DNA of 64,000 nucleotides, taken from assembly GCA_051252135.1 (NCBI GenBank), contig JBPOGH010000014.1:61835-125834 (forward strand). The letters run 5' to 3'. Source of the stretch: Verrucomicrobiaceae bacterium. GTDB lineage: Bacteria > Verrucomicrobiota > Verrucomicrobiia > Verrucomicrobiales > Akkermansiaceae. This document shows, in pieces, positions 21,834-31,388 of the stretch (within the stretch, counting starts at the first letter, position 1; each line of letters opens with the position of its first letter). The notes beneath the pieces were generated by a model, which was not told where the DNA came from, did no database searches, and saw nothing but the letters and a program-made list of their open reading frames with translations. Made by a program: the position numbers and the translations under genes.

Positions 21834-23779
21834 TCATGAAGCGATCAATTCCCGCATTTGTTTTAGGTTCTTTCTTCCTCGTTTCCCATCCTGGAAAAGC
21901 CTTCCGAACCAAAATTGTCGCACTTCAAGGAGCCTCGATTCAAAACAATGAAGACTATGTTCTGGGACCGTTGGGCGGAGCATCGGGAAACATCTTTGGC
22001 GACGTCTGCTTCCAGTCCAAAGTAAGTGTCGACGGAGTGACCAAGGACTCCATCCTCCGCGTGATGGGGAACCAGATGGAAATCATCGCCCTCCAGGGGC
22101 CCCTGTCCACCCCGTTTCGTGAGGAAACCCAGACCGTCTACGGAGCCCAATACAAGTCCTTCAAAAAACCCGCCATCGGACCATTGGGCCGGGTGGCCTT
22201 CGTCGCGTTTCTCGAGACGAACGCCATCAACGTCAGCACCGCCAACAATCTGGTCGTTGCCGCCAGCGGCACCCAACCCGGCGAAACCTGGGTCCTCGAT
22301 CGGACCAACCGACAGGCTTCCATCACCGATTCTCAAGACGTCGACGGATCAAAACAGAGCCGGTTTGGTGACCTCTTCTTCACTCCGCAAGGATACCTCA
22401 ACTTCCATTCACTCACCCGGCGCACCGACAGCGAAGGACAGCGCTTCTACCGAAATTCCCTGTTCCAGGTAACCGCCTTTCACACCCCGCAATACGACTT
22501 CCTCAGAAGCAATCACATCCTCCGTGGCGAGGAGTTCCTCGAATCGGATTACTCCTCCGCAACTCTCCGCAATGTCCAAATCTCCACGGACAGCACGTCC
22601 GATGGAAAACTCAGGGCAATCACTGCTGACGATTCGGGATATCACGTCCTGGAGGTTGGAGAACAAGGGAGTGTCGAATTTCTCACCTCCGGACAATCGC
22701 TTCCCGATTTCCCTCGGTTCTCCATTACCAAAATAAGAGGACTCACCCGAAACCCCGGATCACAGCCTCCCTTCTTGGTCACCGCCTCGGATGGCACCTC
22801 ATCAGTCGAAGCAATCATCCGAAAAGGCCCCACTCCCGAAACTCCCGCCGAACTCATATCCATGGTTGGCCGGCCCGCGCCGGGCTCGTTTCCAAATGCC
22901 GTATTCTCGGGCTTCGAAGTGCCTGTCTCCGCCGAAAATAACGTGCTCGCCTTTGTCGCCAACGAACAAGTGGGACCACAATCCTACCAATCGATTTGGC
23001 GCAAACTTTCCGAAGGCGTCGAACCCCGCGCCATTGCCCGGTCCGGAGAACAAGTCCCCGGATTCACAACCGGAGTGACTTTCCGCTCTTTCGGTCGCCC
23101 CATGATCAATGCCTTGGGACAAGTCGTTTTTGCCGCCCGCCTCAATCATGGCTTCGGAATCACCACTGAAAATGATTTCGCCTACTTTCTAGCAGAGCAG
23201 AACCTTCGAATCCGCAAGGTCGTCGGTGAAGGTGACCTCTTCTTCTTCGGCTTTCTCAAACCTCTCCCGGTTGCAGAAATCGAAGTCACCGACCTAACCG
23301 CGTCAGGAGAAATTCTCTTCACCTTGAAAGCAAGCGATGAGGCCTCAGCCATTATCAAGGTGACCATTCCTCCCGTCGAACTTCTCCATTTTGATCAATG
23401 GGCCGAAGAACAGTTCCCCTCACCCTCCGATAGGCTTCGCCTTGCGGATCCTGATCAGGACGGAATATCCAATTTTTTGGAATATGCCTATGGAACCGAC
23501 CCGAATGACGCCTCCTCCGCATCCGGGCACTCCGTCCTCCTCATGGAAAGTGATTCCCAAAGAACCCTCTCACTCGAGTTCAGCAAATTTTCCGGGGAAT
23601 CCGATGTCAATTATCTCGTCGAGTTCTCAAGTGACCTGCTGAACTGGGAATCAGGAAATGACTTTTCCACCGAAATTCTCCTGGAGGAACCCGCACCCGG
23701 AAGACAACGGGTCCGAATCGAAGACCTGAACAAAGATGGCTCAGGCCTCCGTTTCGTTCGAATAAGAGTCTCTGAATAG
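21830..23779 (+). CDS. Secreted NxxGxxAF-type tandem-repeat (beta-propeller-like) protein with C-terminal S-x-D-L..F-x-R module
   Basis: Repeats 'GPLGRVAFVA', 'ENNVLAFVA', 'INALGQVVFAA'; 'DPDQDGISNFLEYAYGTDP'; ends 'SSDLLNW...RFVRIRVSE'; start overlaps the DUF1501 stop. Confidence 0.7.
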   Translation: MIMKRSIPAFVLGSFFLVSHPGKAFRTKIVALQGASIQNNEDYVLGPLGGASGNIFGDVCFQSKVSVDGVTKDSILRVMGNQMEIIALQGPLSTPFREETQTVYGAQYKSFKKPAIGPLGRVAFVAFLETNAINVSTANNLVVAASGTQPGETWVLDRTNRQASITDSQDVDGSKQSRFGDLFFTPQGYLNFHSLTRRTDSEGQRFYRNSLFQVTAFHTPQYDFLRSNHILRGEEFLESDYSSATLRNVQISTDSTSDGKLRAITADDSGYHVLEVGEQGSVEFLTSGQSLPDFPRFSITKIRGLTRNPGSQPPFLVTASDGTSSVEAIIRKGPTPETPAELISMVGRPAPGSFPNAVFSGFEVPVSAENNVLAFVANEQVGPQSYQSIWRKLSEGVEPRAIARSGEQVPGFTTGVTFRSFGRPMINALGQVVFAARLNHGFGITTENDFAYFLAEQNLRIRKVVGEGDLFFFGFLKPLPVAEIEVTDLTASGEILFTLKASDEASAIIKVTIPPVELLHFDQWAEEQFPSPSDRLRLADPDQDGISNFLEYAYGTDPNDASSASGHSVLLMESDSQRTLSLEFSKFSGESDVNYLVEFSSDLLNWESGNDFSTEILLEEPAPGRQRVRIEDLNKDGSGLRFVRIRVSE

Positions 23780-23962
23780 GGCCCCCTCTCCGGCACTCAT
23801 CTAAACTTCTTCGAATCTGGCTCGGGCAAGTCGATTCGATTCCTGCCCTACTGGTTTACGAAAATAACTCGAACTACAAACCATAGTGCCCTAAATAGTA
23901 CAACGACCCTCGGCTGACTTCCTTCCAATTGATGGAAATAGTCATCGAACAAAAATCTCATT

Positions 23963-26398
23963 ATGAAAATCACTTCTTACACACGGGGGCTTCTTGTTGC
24001 CTCCGGGCTCATTTTCGCCCCTTGCGTCACACAAGCACAAGAGCTCGTCAGCGGCTTGCTCAACTACTGGAACTTCGAAAACAACGCCGAAGATACCGCA
24101 TCAGACTTCCCTGGCTCAACCGGTGCCACAGATGATGACGGGACAATCAACGGCACCGTCACTTTCGTCACCGGACAAGCCGCCGGATTCGGACAAGCGG
24201 GAAGCTTTCCCGGTGGTGCCGGTAACAACATCACCGTGGCCGACCCTGACGAGACCACAAACGACATCGACCGAACCGGAGCCGATCTCTCCATTTCCCT
24301 CTGGGCACAACTCACCAATCGCGACAACAGCTGGCAGGCTCTTGTCGCTCATGGTGAAGGAACCGACTACCGGATCGCTCTACGTAGTAATATCGACCCC
24401 GTCCAAGTCGCCTACGCGGGAGGAACCGGAGACATTTTCAGCACCAGCACCATTGGTGATGGACCTGCCGGTGATGGAACCTGGCACCATATCGTCGCCG
24501 TCACCGCCGGAACCGAAACCCACCTCTATATCGATGGCGTTCTCGAGGCCTCCGGAACCGCAGCCACCATCGGAGTCAGTTCCACCAATGCGAACCTTCT
24601 CTGCATCGGCTGCAATCCCGACCGGGGTCGCGAATGGAATGGCCTGATCGATGACGTGGCCATGTGGGATCGCCCCCTTACCGCCGGCGAGGTCACTTTC
24701 ATCTATAATACCGGAGTCGCCGGAAATGACCTCTCCTCCATTCTCTCGTCTGATGACGACGATCAGGACGGACTCACAAATTCCTGGGAAATCCAATTTG
24801 GCCTGGATCCTAATGATGATGGATCGATCGATCCCAATAATGGTGCCGCCGGTGATCCGGACATGGATGGTGTTTCCAACATCGATGAACAAACCAACCA
24901 AACGTTCCCAAATAATGCAGACTCCGATGACGACAACCTTAGCGACAAAGTCGAGACAAACACCGGCGTTTGGGTAAGCGCATCGGATACCGGAACCAAC
25001 CCACGTGACGTGGATTCTGATGATGACACCCTAAACGACGGCATCGAAGACAACGGCGGCGTTTTTGTTAGCGCTACTCAAACCGGCAGCAATCCAAACT
25101 TGGCGGACACCGACTCCGACACCATGCCGGACAACTACGAGGTCACCAACTCACTTGACCCTAGCGCCGACGACAGCCTTCTCGACCCCGATCTCGATAC
25201 CCTCGATAACATCACCGAATTCGGACTCGGCACCAACCCTCAGCTGGCAGACACCGACGCGGATTTGTTGAATGACAATGTTGAAACGAACACAGGCACA
25301 TGGGTAAGCCCCACCAACACCGGCACGGACCCGCTGAATCCTGACTCCGATAATGACACCCTGCTCGACGGCCATGAGACCAACAACGGAGCCATGAGCT
25401 ACGTCTCACCCACCGACACAGGCACCAACCCGAATCTTCTTGATACCGATCTCGATGGATTCAATGACGACTCCGAAATCATCCTTGGCACCGACCCTAC
25501 CGACGGCGCCGACACCCCCTCAACAGGGGGCCTGCCAATAATCGATGACTTCGAGGACAACGATCTGAACCTGACCAACTGGAACGTCGTTGCCGGCACC
25601 ATCTCGCAGAACGCAACCGGCACTGTTACAGGTGGCACCATCACTGAAACCGGGGGGAACCTCGAAATCGGCAGCCGGGGTTACCTGGTCACCAGGGCGG
25701 AATTCGACCCCGAACTGGTCGGTGGCATCGAAATCAATGGCGAGCTCACCTTCCTTTCCGGAGATGACCTCTTCAGCATCACCACAAGAAGCGACGCGAT
25801 TCCTCTCGCCCGTTACGGCGAAGCAACCAGTGGTATCCAATTCACCATTAGCCAACTCCGTGATGAAATCCTCATCACTTCCAGAGATGGCAATCTGGTC
25901 ATCGAGAATTCTCTCGCTACCGGCACAATAGACTTCGTTGCCAACGTCCCTTACCTCTTCACCGTGATCGATGATGGCCAGGGAAGCCTCTCCATGGTTG
26001 TTACCGAAAAAGATGTCCCGGAAAACACCATCAGCATCACCGCTGATCTCACCTCGGACACTTCGGACTCCAACTTCGTTGTTTTCTACAACCGGGAGAA
26101 TGGCAGAACCTCCAGCCTTCAGGAGGTTTCCATCAAATCAGCCACCACCAACGTGCAGGCCGAGATCACCGACATCAGCTTCGATCCATCAACCGGAGAG
26201 AATGGCACCTTTAGCATCACCTGGCGTTCCAGTCTAAATGCCAAATACGCCCTCTTCTTCTCGACCGATCTCGAAAACTGGGACTTCGAGCTCAACGATG
26301 ATATCGACGGATTGGAAGGAACAACCACCGAGACGTTCCCAAATCCAGCCCCTGAAGAGGACTCACTCTTCTTCCGCATCGAGCCACCTCGCCAATAG
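23963..26398 (+). CDS. Secreted LamG-like jelly-roll protein with thrombospondin-type-3-like Ca-binding DxDxD repeats
   Basis: Signal peptide; 'YWNFE', 'WHHIVAV..LYIDG..GLIDDVAMWDRPL'; multiple 'GTNP..DSDxDTLxD' repeats; ends 'STDLENW...LFFRIE'. Confidence 0.85.
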   Translation: MKITSYTRGLLVASGLIFAPCVTQAQELVSGLLNYWNFENNAEDTASDFPGSTGATDDDGTINGTVTFVTGQAAGFGQAGSFPGGAGNNITVADPDETTNDIDRTGADLSISLWAQLTNRDNSWQALVAHGEGTDYRIALRSNIDPVQVAYAGGTGDIFSTSTIGDGPAGDGTWHHIVAVTAGTETHLYIDGVLEASGTAATIGVSSTNANLLCIGCNPDRGREWNGLIDDVAMWDRPLTAGEVTFIYNTGVAGNDLSSILSSDDDDQDGLTNSWEIQFGLDPNDDGSIDPNNGAAGDPDMDGVSNIDEQTNQTFPNNADSDDDNLSDKVETNTGVWVSASDTGTNPRDVDSDDDTLNDGIEDNGGVFVSATQTGSNPNLADTDSDTMPDNYEVTNSLDPSADDSLLDPDLDTLDNITEFGLGTNPQLADTDADLLNDNVETNTGTWVSPTNTGTDPLNPDSDNDTLLDGHETNNGAMSYVSPTDTGTNPNLLDTDLDGFNDDSEIILGTDPTDGADTPSTGGLPIIDDFEDNDLNLTNWNVVAGTISQNATGTVTGGTITETGGNLEIGSRGYLVTRAEFDPELVGGIEINGELTFLSGDDLFSITTRSDAIPLARYGEATSGIQFTISQLRDEILITSRDGNLVIENSLATGTIDFVANVPYLFTVIDDGQGSLSMVVTEKDVPENTISITADLTSDTSDSNFVVFYNRENGRTSSLQEVSIKSATTNVQAEITDISFDPSTGENGTFSITWRSSLNAKYALFFSTDLENWDFELNDDIDGLEGTTTETFPNPAPEEDSLFFRIEPPRQ

Positions 26399-26419
26399 GA
26401 AGTAAATCCTTCAGCCCTC

Positions 26420-26450
26420 AAAGCGGCGGTAGCAATACCGGCGCTTTTTT
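26420..26450 (+). terminator. Rho-independent terminator
   Basis: aaagcggcggta-gcaa-taccggcgcttt stem with GNRA loop followed by a T-tract. Confidence 0.75.
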
Positions 26451-26542
26451 GTGCCTCCAAACTCAATGCTCCTCCCACCCCAATTCCCGGTTTATAGTGT
26501 GGGCTTCAGCCAAACGCAATTCCCCGATAGACTCCCTACCTG

Positions 26543-27742
26543 ATGCCCGAATCACTCTCCATTCAACAAGCCAGAAAACTCGTCTTGTCGGCACAGAGAG
26601 CCCTCCCCGCAAAACAATCCGGCTCCGCAACCACCGCCACCCTCTCCGCCATTGAACACCTTGGCTACATTCAGATCGATGCCATCTCCGTCATCCAACG
26701 CGCCCACCACCACACCCTCTGGAATCGCAACCCTCGTTACCAAAGCTCCCAGCTCGATCAGCTCCTCTCCGATAAAAAGGTCTTCGAATATTGGTCCCAC
26801 GCAGCCGCCTATCTCCCAATGCGGGACTACCGCTTCAGCCTCCCCCGCAAACAAGCCTTCCTAACCGGAAAGCAAGATCACTGGTATGACCGCGACGATC
26901 GCATGATCAAATACGTCCTCGAGCGCATCACCAGCGAAGGCCCGCTCATGGCGAAAGATTTCGAACACACCGGAAAAAAGATCGGGGATTGGAAAGCAAA
27001 ACCCGCCAAACGCGCCCTCGAATACCTCTTCATGCAGGGCGACCTCATGGTCCCGCATCGCACCAACTTCCACAAAGTCTACGACCTCCCCGAAAGAGTC
27101 CTCCCTCAAAACATCAACCTCACTCCTCCCACCCCGGAGGAACACATCCGCCACCTCATCACCAGCTACCTCAGAGCCAACGGATTGGGCCGGGCCGCCG
27201 AGATTTCCTATCTCTTAAAAGGAATCAAAAAGCACGTCACCGCCACGCTCAACGAGATGACCTCGAGCGGAGAATTGCACCAAATCCAGATCGCCAACCA
27301 ACCCTACTTCGCCCTCCCCGAATCCCTCGATCTCCTCCAAAAACCACTCCCCCGCAACAAGCTCAAAATCCTCTCCCCCTTCGACAACCTCCTCATCCAG
27401 CGCAAACGCATGAAGGCCCTCTTCGGATTCGACTACCTCATCGAGTGCTACCTCCCCGAAGCAAAACGCCGCTACGGCTACTTCTCCCTCCCCATCCTCT
27501 GGAACGGCAACCTGGTCGCCCGAATCGATTGCAAAACCGATCGGACCCAATCAACCCTCCACATCCACTACCTCGCCCTCGAACCCCACACCCCGGTCGA
27601 CGACTCCTTCTTCCCCGCGCTCCAAAAGGAACTCAAATCCTTCCTCAAATTCAACCAATGCACTCACCTCAAAGTGCACCAGACTTCCCCAACGTCTGTT
27701 AAAGAAGAAATGGAAAAAGCCCTCACCGACCTGATCAAGTAA
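26543..27742 (+). CDS. ycaQ: YcaQ/AlkZ-family (HTH_42) DNA crosslink-repair glycosylase
   Basis: 'IQIDAISVIQRAHH' (QxD motif), 'VFEYWSHAA', 'LSPFDNL', 'FDYLIECYLP..KRRYGYF'. Confidence 0.88.
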   Translation: MPESLSIQQARKLVLSAQRALPAKQSGSATTATLSAIEHLGYIQIDAISVIQRAHHHTLWNRNPRYQSSQLDQLLSDKKVFEYWSHAAAYLPMRDYRFSLPRKQAFLTGKQDHWYDRDDRMIKYVLERITSEGPLMAKDFEHTGKKIGDWKAKPAKRALEYLFMQGDLMVPHRTNFHKVYDLPERVLPQNINLTPPTPEEHIRHLITSYLRANGLGRAAEISYLLKGIKKHVTATLNEMTSSGELHQIQIANQPYFALPESLDLLQKPLPRNKLKILSPFDNLLIQRKRMKALFGFDYLIECYLPEAKRRYGYFSLPILWNGNLVARIDCKTDRTQSTLHIHYLALEPHTPVDDSFFPALQKELKSFLKFNQCTHLKVHQTSPTSVKEEMEKALTDLIK

Positions 27743-27833
27743 AGCCGCTGAGCGGATCCACGGAATCTCCTTCCCATTAAAATCTTTGCCTCGTTGCCAC
27801 GTAACGGTTCAAACTCACCTCACCACTTCCTCG

Positions 27834-29723
27834 ATGTTCAAAGCTCTACTCACCCTCCTCCTCGTCGCCCCCTCTCTCCTTTGGGCAGCCCCCGGGGTCC
27901 ATGTCACCATCCACCTCGACACCACCCACGAGGTCGGCGGAATCTCTCAGTTCGATCGAAAAAAATTCATCACCATCCACTCGAACCACACCGAGAACGA
28001 CTGGCAGGGAATCGAAGACAAAAAGAAATACCTCATTCAAGACCTCGACACTTACTTCGGCCGCGAGACCGGAGCCATCTCCCACCAACTCCGCCTCCTC
28101 CGCCAGGACCCCGACCACCCCGGCCACGTCGAGTTCGCCGACATGAAACGCCGCGCCGACTACGAGCGAAAAAAATACGCCAAGCGCACCGACCTCCACG
28201 GCTACGAACAATACAACGACCTCATCGTCGCCGCCCAAGTCGAACCCTTCTGGCCCGGCTCTGCCAAAATCCAACCCCAGGACGGCTCCCCGCCCTGGTC
28301 CCTCCTCAACCCCGCCGCCACCGCGCAATACATGGTCTACTGGCTCAACATGTACACCGGCGGGAACGGCCCCTCCCGCCCCCGCTTCATGGAAATCATG
28401 AACGAGCCCCTCTACGAGCTCGCCGTCTCCCACCCGGACGTCACCCCCCAACAAGTCTTCGACTACCACAAGGACGTCGCCACCAACATCCGCGCCCTCA
28501 ACAAAGACATCCTCATCGGCGGCTACACCACCGCCTTCCCGGACCTCGACAAAGACAACTTCCAGCGCTGGCACCAACGATGGAAATCCTTCATCGACAC
28601 CGCCGGCGCCGAGATGGATTTCTACTCCCTCCACCTCTACGACTTCCCCGGCATCCACCACGGGAAAAAACAATACCGCAAAGGCTGCAACCTCGAAGCC
28701 ACCTTCGACCTCATCGACCACTACTCCCACCTCAAGATCGGAACCACCAAACCCTTCGTCATCTCCGAATACGGCTCCCAGCTTCACGACTGGTTCGACG
28801 AACCCTGGTCCCCCTACCGCGACTGGCTCTGCCTCAAGGCCATCAACTCCATGCTCATGCAGTTCGCCGCCAAGCCCGACCGCATCCTCAAAACCATCCC
28901 CTTCATCACCGCCAAAGCCGAATGGGGCCACAACTACACCGGCCACAACCACCCCTACCCCTGGCGACTCCTCCGCCGCGCCGATGAACCCGCCGCCAAC
29001 ACCGGCGACTGGGTCTTCACCGACCAAATCAAATTCTACGAACTCTGGGCCGGCGTCCAGGGCACCCGCCGCCTCACCCACTCCTCCGACCCCAACCTCC
29101 TCGTCCACTCCTTCCTCGAGGGCAACAAACTCTCCCTCGTCCTCAACAACCTCTCCCTCGAACCCAAAACCATCACCCTCAAATTCCCCGACACCCCGAT
29201 CAAAAACAACATCTCCAAACACCTCTACCTCTACGAGAACAAACCCCGCCTCGACTGGCTCGAACTCCCCGGCTCCACCAAAACCGTCACCCTCGGCGCC
29301 GAAGCCACCCGCGTCCTCCACCTCACCCTCGACACCCCAAAGCCCGCCACCCAAACCGCCCGCGAACAAACCACCTACGCCAACACCTACCTCCAAAGCA
29401 TCGAAGCCAACAAACCCCTCACCTTCCAAATCGCTTCACCCGAAATTCAAAAAGGAAACGCCACCCTCCGCCTCGGCCTCGGCCGGCCCCACGGCCTCTC
29501 CCTCCAACCCACCCTCCTCCTCAACGGCCAAAAAATCAACGTCCCGCCACCCTCCATCACCGCCAAAGGCCAAGCCCAAACCGACCGCCCCAACTTCTTC
29601 GGCGTCCTCAAAATCCCCCTCCCCATCGAGCACCTCAAACCTCAAAACGAAATCCAAATCACCTTCCCCGACCCAAGCGGACACCTCTCCAGCCTCACCC
29701 TCCAAACCCTCGTCATCCAATAA
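27834..29723 (+). CDS. GH86-like beta-agarase/beta-porphyranase
   Basis: ATG at 27834 with signal peptide; 'GGISQFDRKKFITIH', 'YFGRETG', clan GH-A 'MNEP' and 'ISEYG', 'MDFYSLHLYD', C-terminal 'FFGVLKIP' beta domain. Confidence 0.8.
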   Translation: MFKALLTLLLVAPSLLWAAPGVHVTIHLDTTHEVGGISQFDRKKFITIHSNHTENDWQGIEDKKKYLIQDLDTYFGRETGAISHQLRLLRQDPDHPGHVEFADMKRRADYERKKYAKRTDLHGYEQYNDLIVAAQVEPFWPGSAKIQPQDGSPPWSLLNPAATAQYMVYWLNMYTGGNGPSRPRFMEIMNEPLYELAVSHPDVTPQQVFDYHKDVATNIRALNKDILIGGYTTAFPDLDKDNFQRWHQRWKSFIDTAGAEMDFYSLHLYDFPGIHHGKKQYRKGCNLEATFDLIDHYSHLKIGTTKPFVISEYGSQLHDWFDEPWSPYRDWLCLKAINSMLMQFAAKPDRILKTIPFITAKAEWGHNYTGHNHPYPWRLLRRADEPAANTGDWVFTDQIKFYELWAGVQGTRRLTHSSDPNLLVHSFLEGNKLSLVLNNLSLEPKTITLKFPDTPIKNNISKHLYLYENKPRLDWLELPGSTKTVTLGAEATRVLHLTLDTPKPATQTAREQTTYANTYLQSIEANKPLTFQIASPEIQKGNATLRLGLGRPHGLSLQPTLLLNGQKINVPPPSITAKGQAQTDRPNFFGVLKIPLPIEHLKPQNEIQITFPDPSGHLSSLTLQTLVIQ

Positions 29724-29746
29724 GGAGAGTGGGCGTCCCGCCCGCT
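29724..29746 (+). repeat. REP-like hairpin (GGAG-type)
   Basis: ggagagtgggcg-tcc-cgcccgct directly after the stop codon; no T-tract. Confidence 0.5.
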
Positions 29747-29821
29747 TCCCCTCATTCAAATTTCGTGTCTTCAGCATATCCAATGGTAAAAAAACAACCC
29801 TAACCAAACCTCCCCAATCTC

Positions 29822-31312
29822 GTGATCAAATCTCATACCTCATCTCTCATCTCCCTCTTCATTCTCCTTCTGAGTTCGTGCTCACTGTTCGGAGTTCAAC
29901 CTTCCCCTGCGGACCAGCCCCCGAGTACAAGCTCCCCTGCGGACCAGCCCTCGAGTGCAAGATCCCCTGCGGACGAGCCCTCGAGTGCAAGCTCCAGAAA
30001 CCCCAACATCATCCTCATCATGGCCGATGACGTCTCTTGGGAATGCTTCTCCTGCTACGGAGCCGAGGACTACAAAACCCCCCACCTCGATGCCCTCGCC
30101 GCCCAAGGAATCCGCTTCAACCACTGCTACTCGACCCCCATCTGCACCACCTCCCGTGTCAAACTCATGACCGGGAAATACAACTTTCGAAACTACACCC
30201 ACTTCGGCTACCTCCACCCCGAAGAAAAAACCTTCGCCCACCTCCTCAAATCCGCCGGCTACAAAACCGCCATCGCCGGCAAATGGCAACTCAACGGACT
30301 CTACCACAGCGCCCCTGGAAACCAGGACGCCACCCGCCCCGTCAAAGCCGGCTTCGATGAATACTGCCTCTGGCAAGTCACCACCCAAAAACGTGGCCCA
30401 CAAGGCGGCGAACGATTCTGGTCCCCGCCCCTCGAACAAAACGGCAAGTTCCTCACCAAGGAAGACAACCATCTCAAGTACGGTCCCGACCTCATGTCCG
30501 ACTTCCTCTGCGATTTTATCCGCCGCAACCAGAACGAACCCTTCTTCGTCTACTACCCCGCCGTCCTCGTCCACGACCCCTTCGTCCCCACCCCCGACAC
30601 CATCGGAGACCAACCCCGCACTCACGACGCCAACAAGGCGCCCAAGGACAAAGACGCCAAAAAAGCCAACTTCGTCGCCATGGTCGAATACCTCGACAAA
30701 ATCGTTGGCAAGATCGTTAAGCAAGTCGACGACGTCGGCCAACTCGAGAACACCATCATCATGTTCACCGCCGACAACGGCACTCACCGCACCCTCACCT
30801 CCCGCTGGAACGGCCGGAACATCCAGGGTGGAAAAGGCACCACCACCGACATGGGAACCCACGTCCCCTTCATCGCATCCTGGAAAGGCAAATCCCCCAC
30901 CGGCCTCGTCTCCGATGACCTCATCGACTTCACCGATTTCTACCCCACCCTCGCTCAAGCCGCCGGAATCAAATTAGGAAAAGACGACCCCATCGATGGC
31001 GTCAGTTTCCTCCCCCAACTCCAGGGCCAACAAGGCACCCCACGCGACTGGGTCTTCTGCCACTACCAACCCTACTGGGGAAACGTCCCCGGCACCCAAT
31101 TCGCCCGCACCCAAACCCACAAACTCTACCCTGATGGCCGCTTCTACCACATCCCCAACGATCTCAAGGAGGAGACAAAACTCAAGCCAATCCACCCCTC
31201 CCACCAAACCCTCTCCAAAGTCCTAAAATCCGCCCCAGCCCCCACCACCAAAGGAGGAAAGAACGCCAAAGAACGCCCCGTCTATCCCAATCGGCCAAGC
31301 CTTTCTCAATAG
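29822..31312 (+). CDS. S1 sulfatase, possible lipoprotein
   Basis: GTG start, lipobox-like LSSC, 3x10-aa linker repeat, 'IMADDVS', CTTSR, 'AGKWQL'; similar to 4946..6331. Confidence 0.92.
   Translation: MIKSHTSSLISLFILLLSSCSLFGVQPSPADQPPSTSSPADQPSSARSPADEPSSASSRNPNIILIMADDVSWECFSCYGAEDYKTPHLDALAAQGIRFNHCYSTPICTTSRVKLMTGKYNFRNYTHFGYLHPEEKTFAHLLKSAGYKTAIAGKWQLNGLYHSAPGNQDATRPVKAGFDEYCLWQVTTQKRGPQGGERFWSPPLEQNGKFLTKEDNHLKYGPDLMSDFLCDFIRRNQNEPFFVYYPAVLVHDPFVPTPDTIGDQPRTHDANKAPKDKDAKKANFVAMVEYLDKIVGKIVKQVDDVGQLENTIIMFTADNGTHRTLTSRWNGRNIQGGKGTTTDMGTHVPFIASWKGKSPTGLVSDDLIDFTDFYPTLAQAAGIKLGKDDPIDGVSFLPQLQGQQGTPRDWVFCHYQPYWGNVPGTQFARTQTHKLYPDGRFYHIPNDLKEETKLKPIHPSHQTLSKVLKSAPAPTTKGGKNAKERPVYPNRPSLSQ
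29903..29995 (+). repeat. 3 x 30-bp in-frame tandem repeat (SPADQPSSAS-like)
   Basis: tcccctgcggaccagcccccgagtacaagc / tcccctgcggaccagccctcgagtgcaaga / tcccctgcggacgagccctcgagtgcaagc. Confidence 0.95.
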
Positions 31313-31388
31313 AACGGAATCAAATAGCCCCCCGACCCAAAGCGAGAGTTCTTGACTTGTCGATCCCGCCATCGTGGATTGGGGTAAT

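Noticed and set aside
24750..25520. DxDxD/GTNP periodic sequence as a DNA repeat array
   Set aside because: Protein-level TSP3-like Ca-binding repeats with diverged codons
29903..29995. 30-bp repeats as a possible mini-CRISPR
   Set aside because: Head-to-tail with no spacers, in-frame within a CDS, and no cas genes in the window
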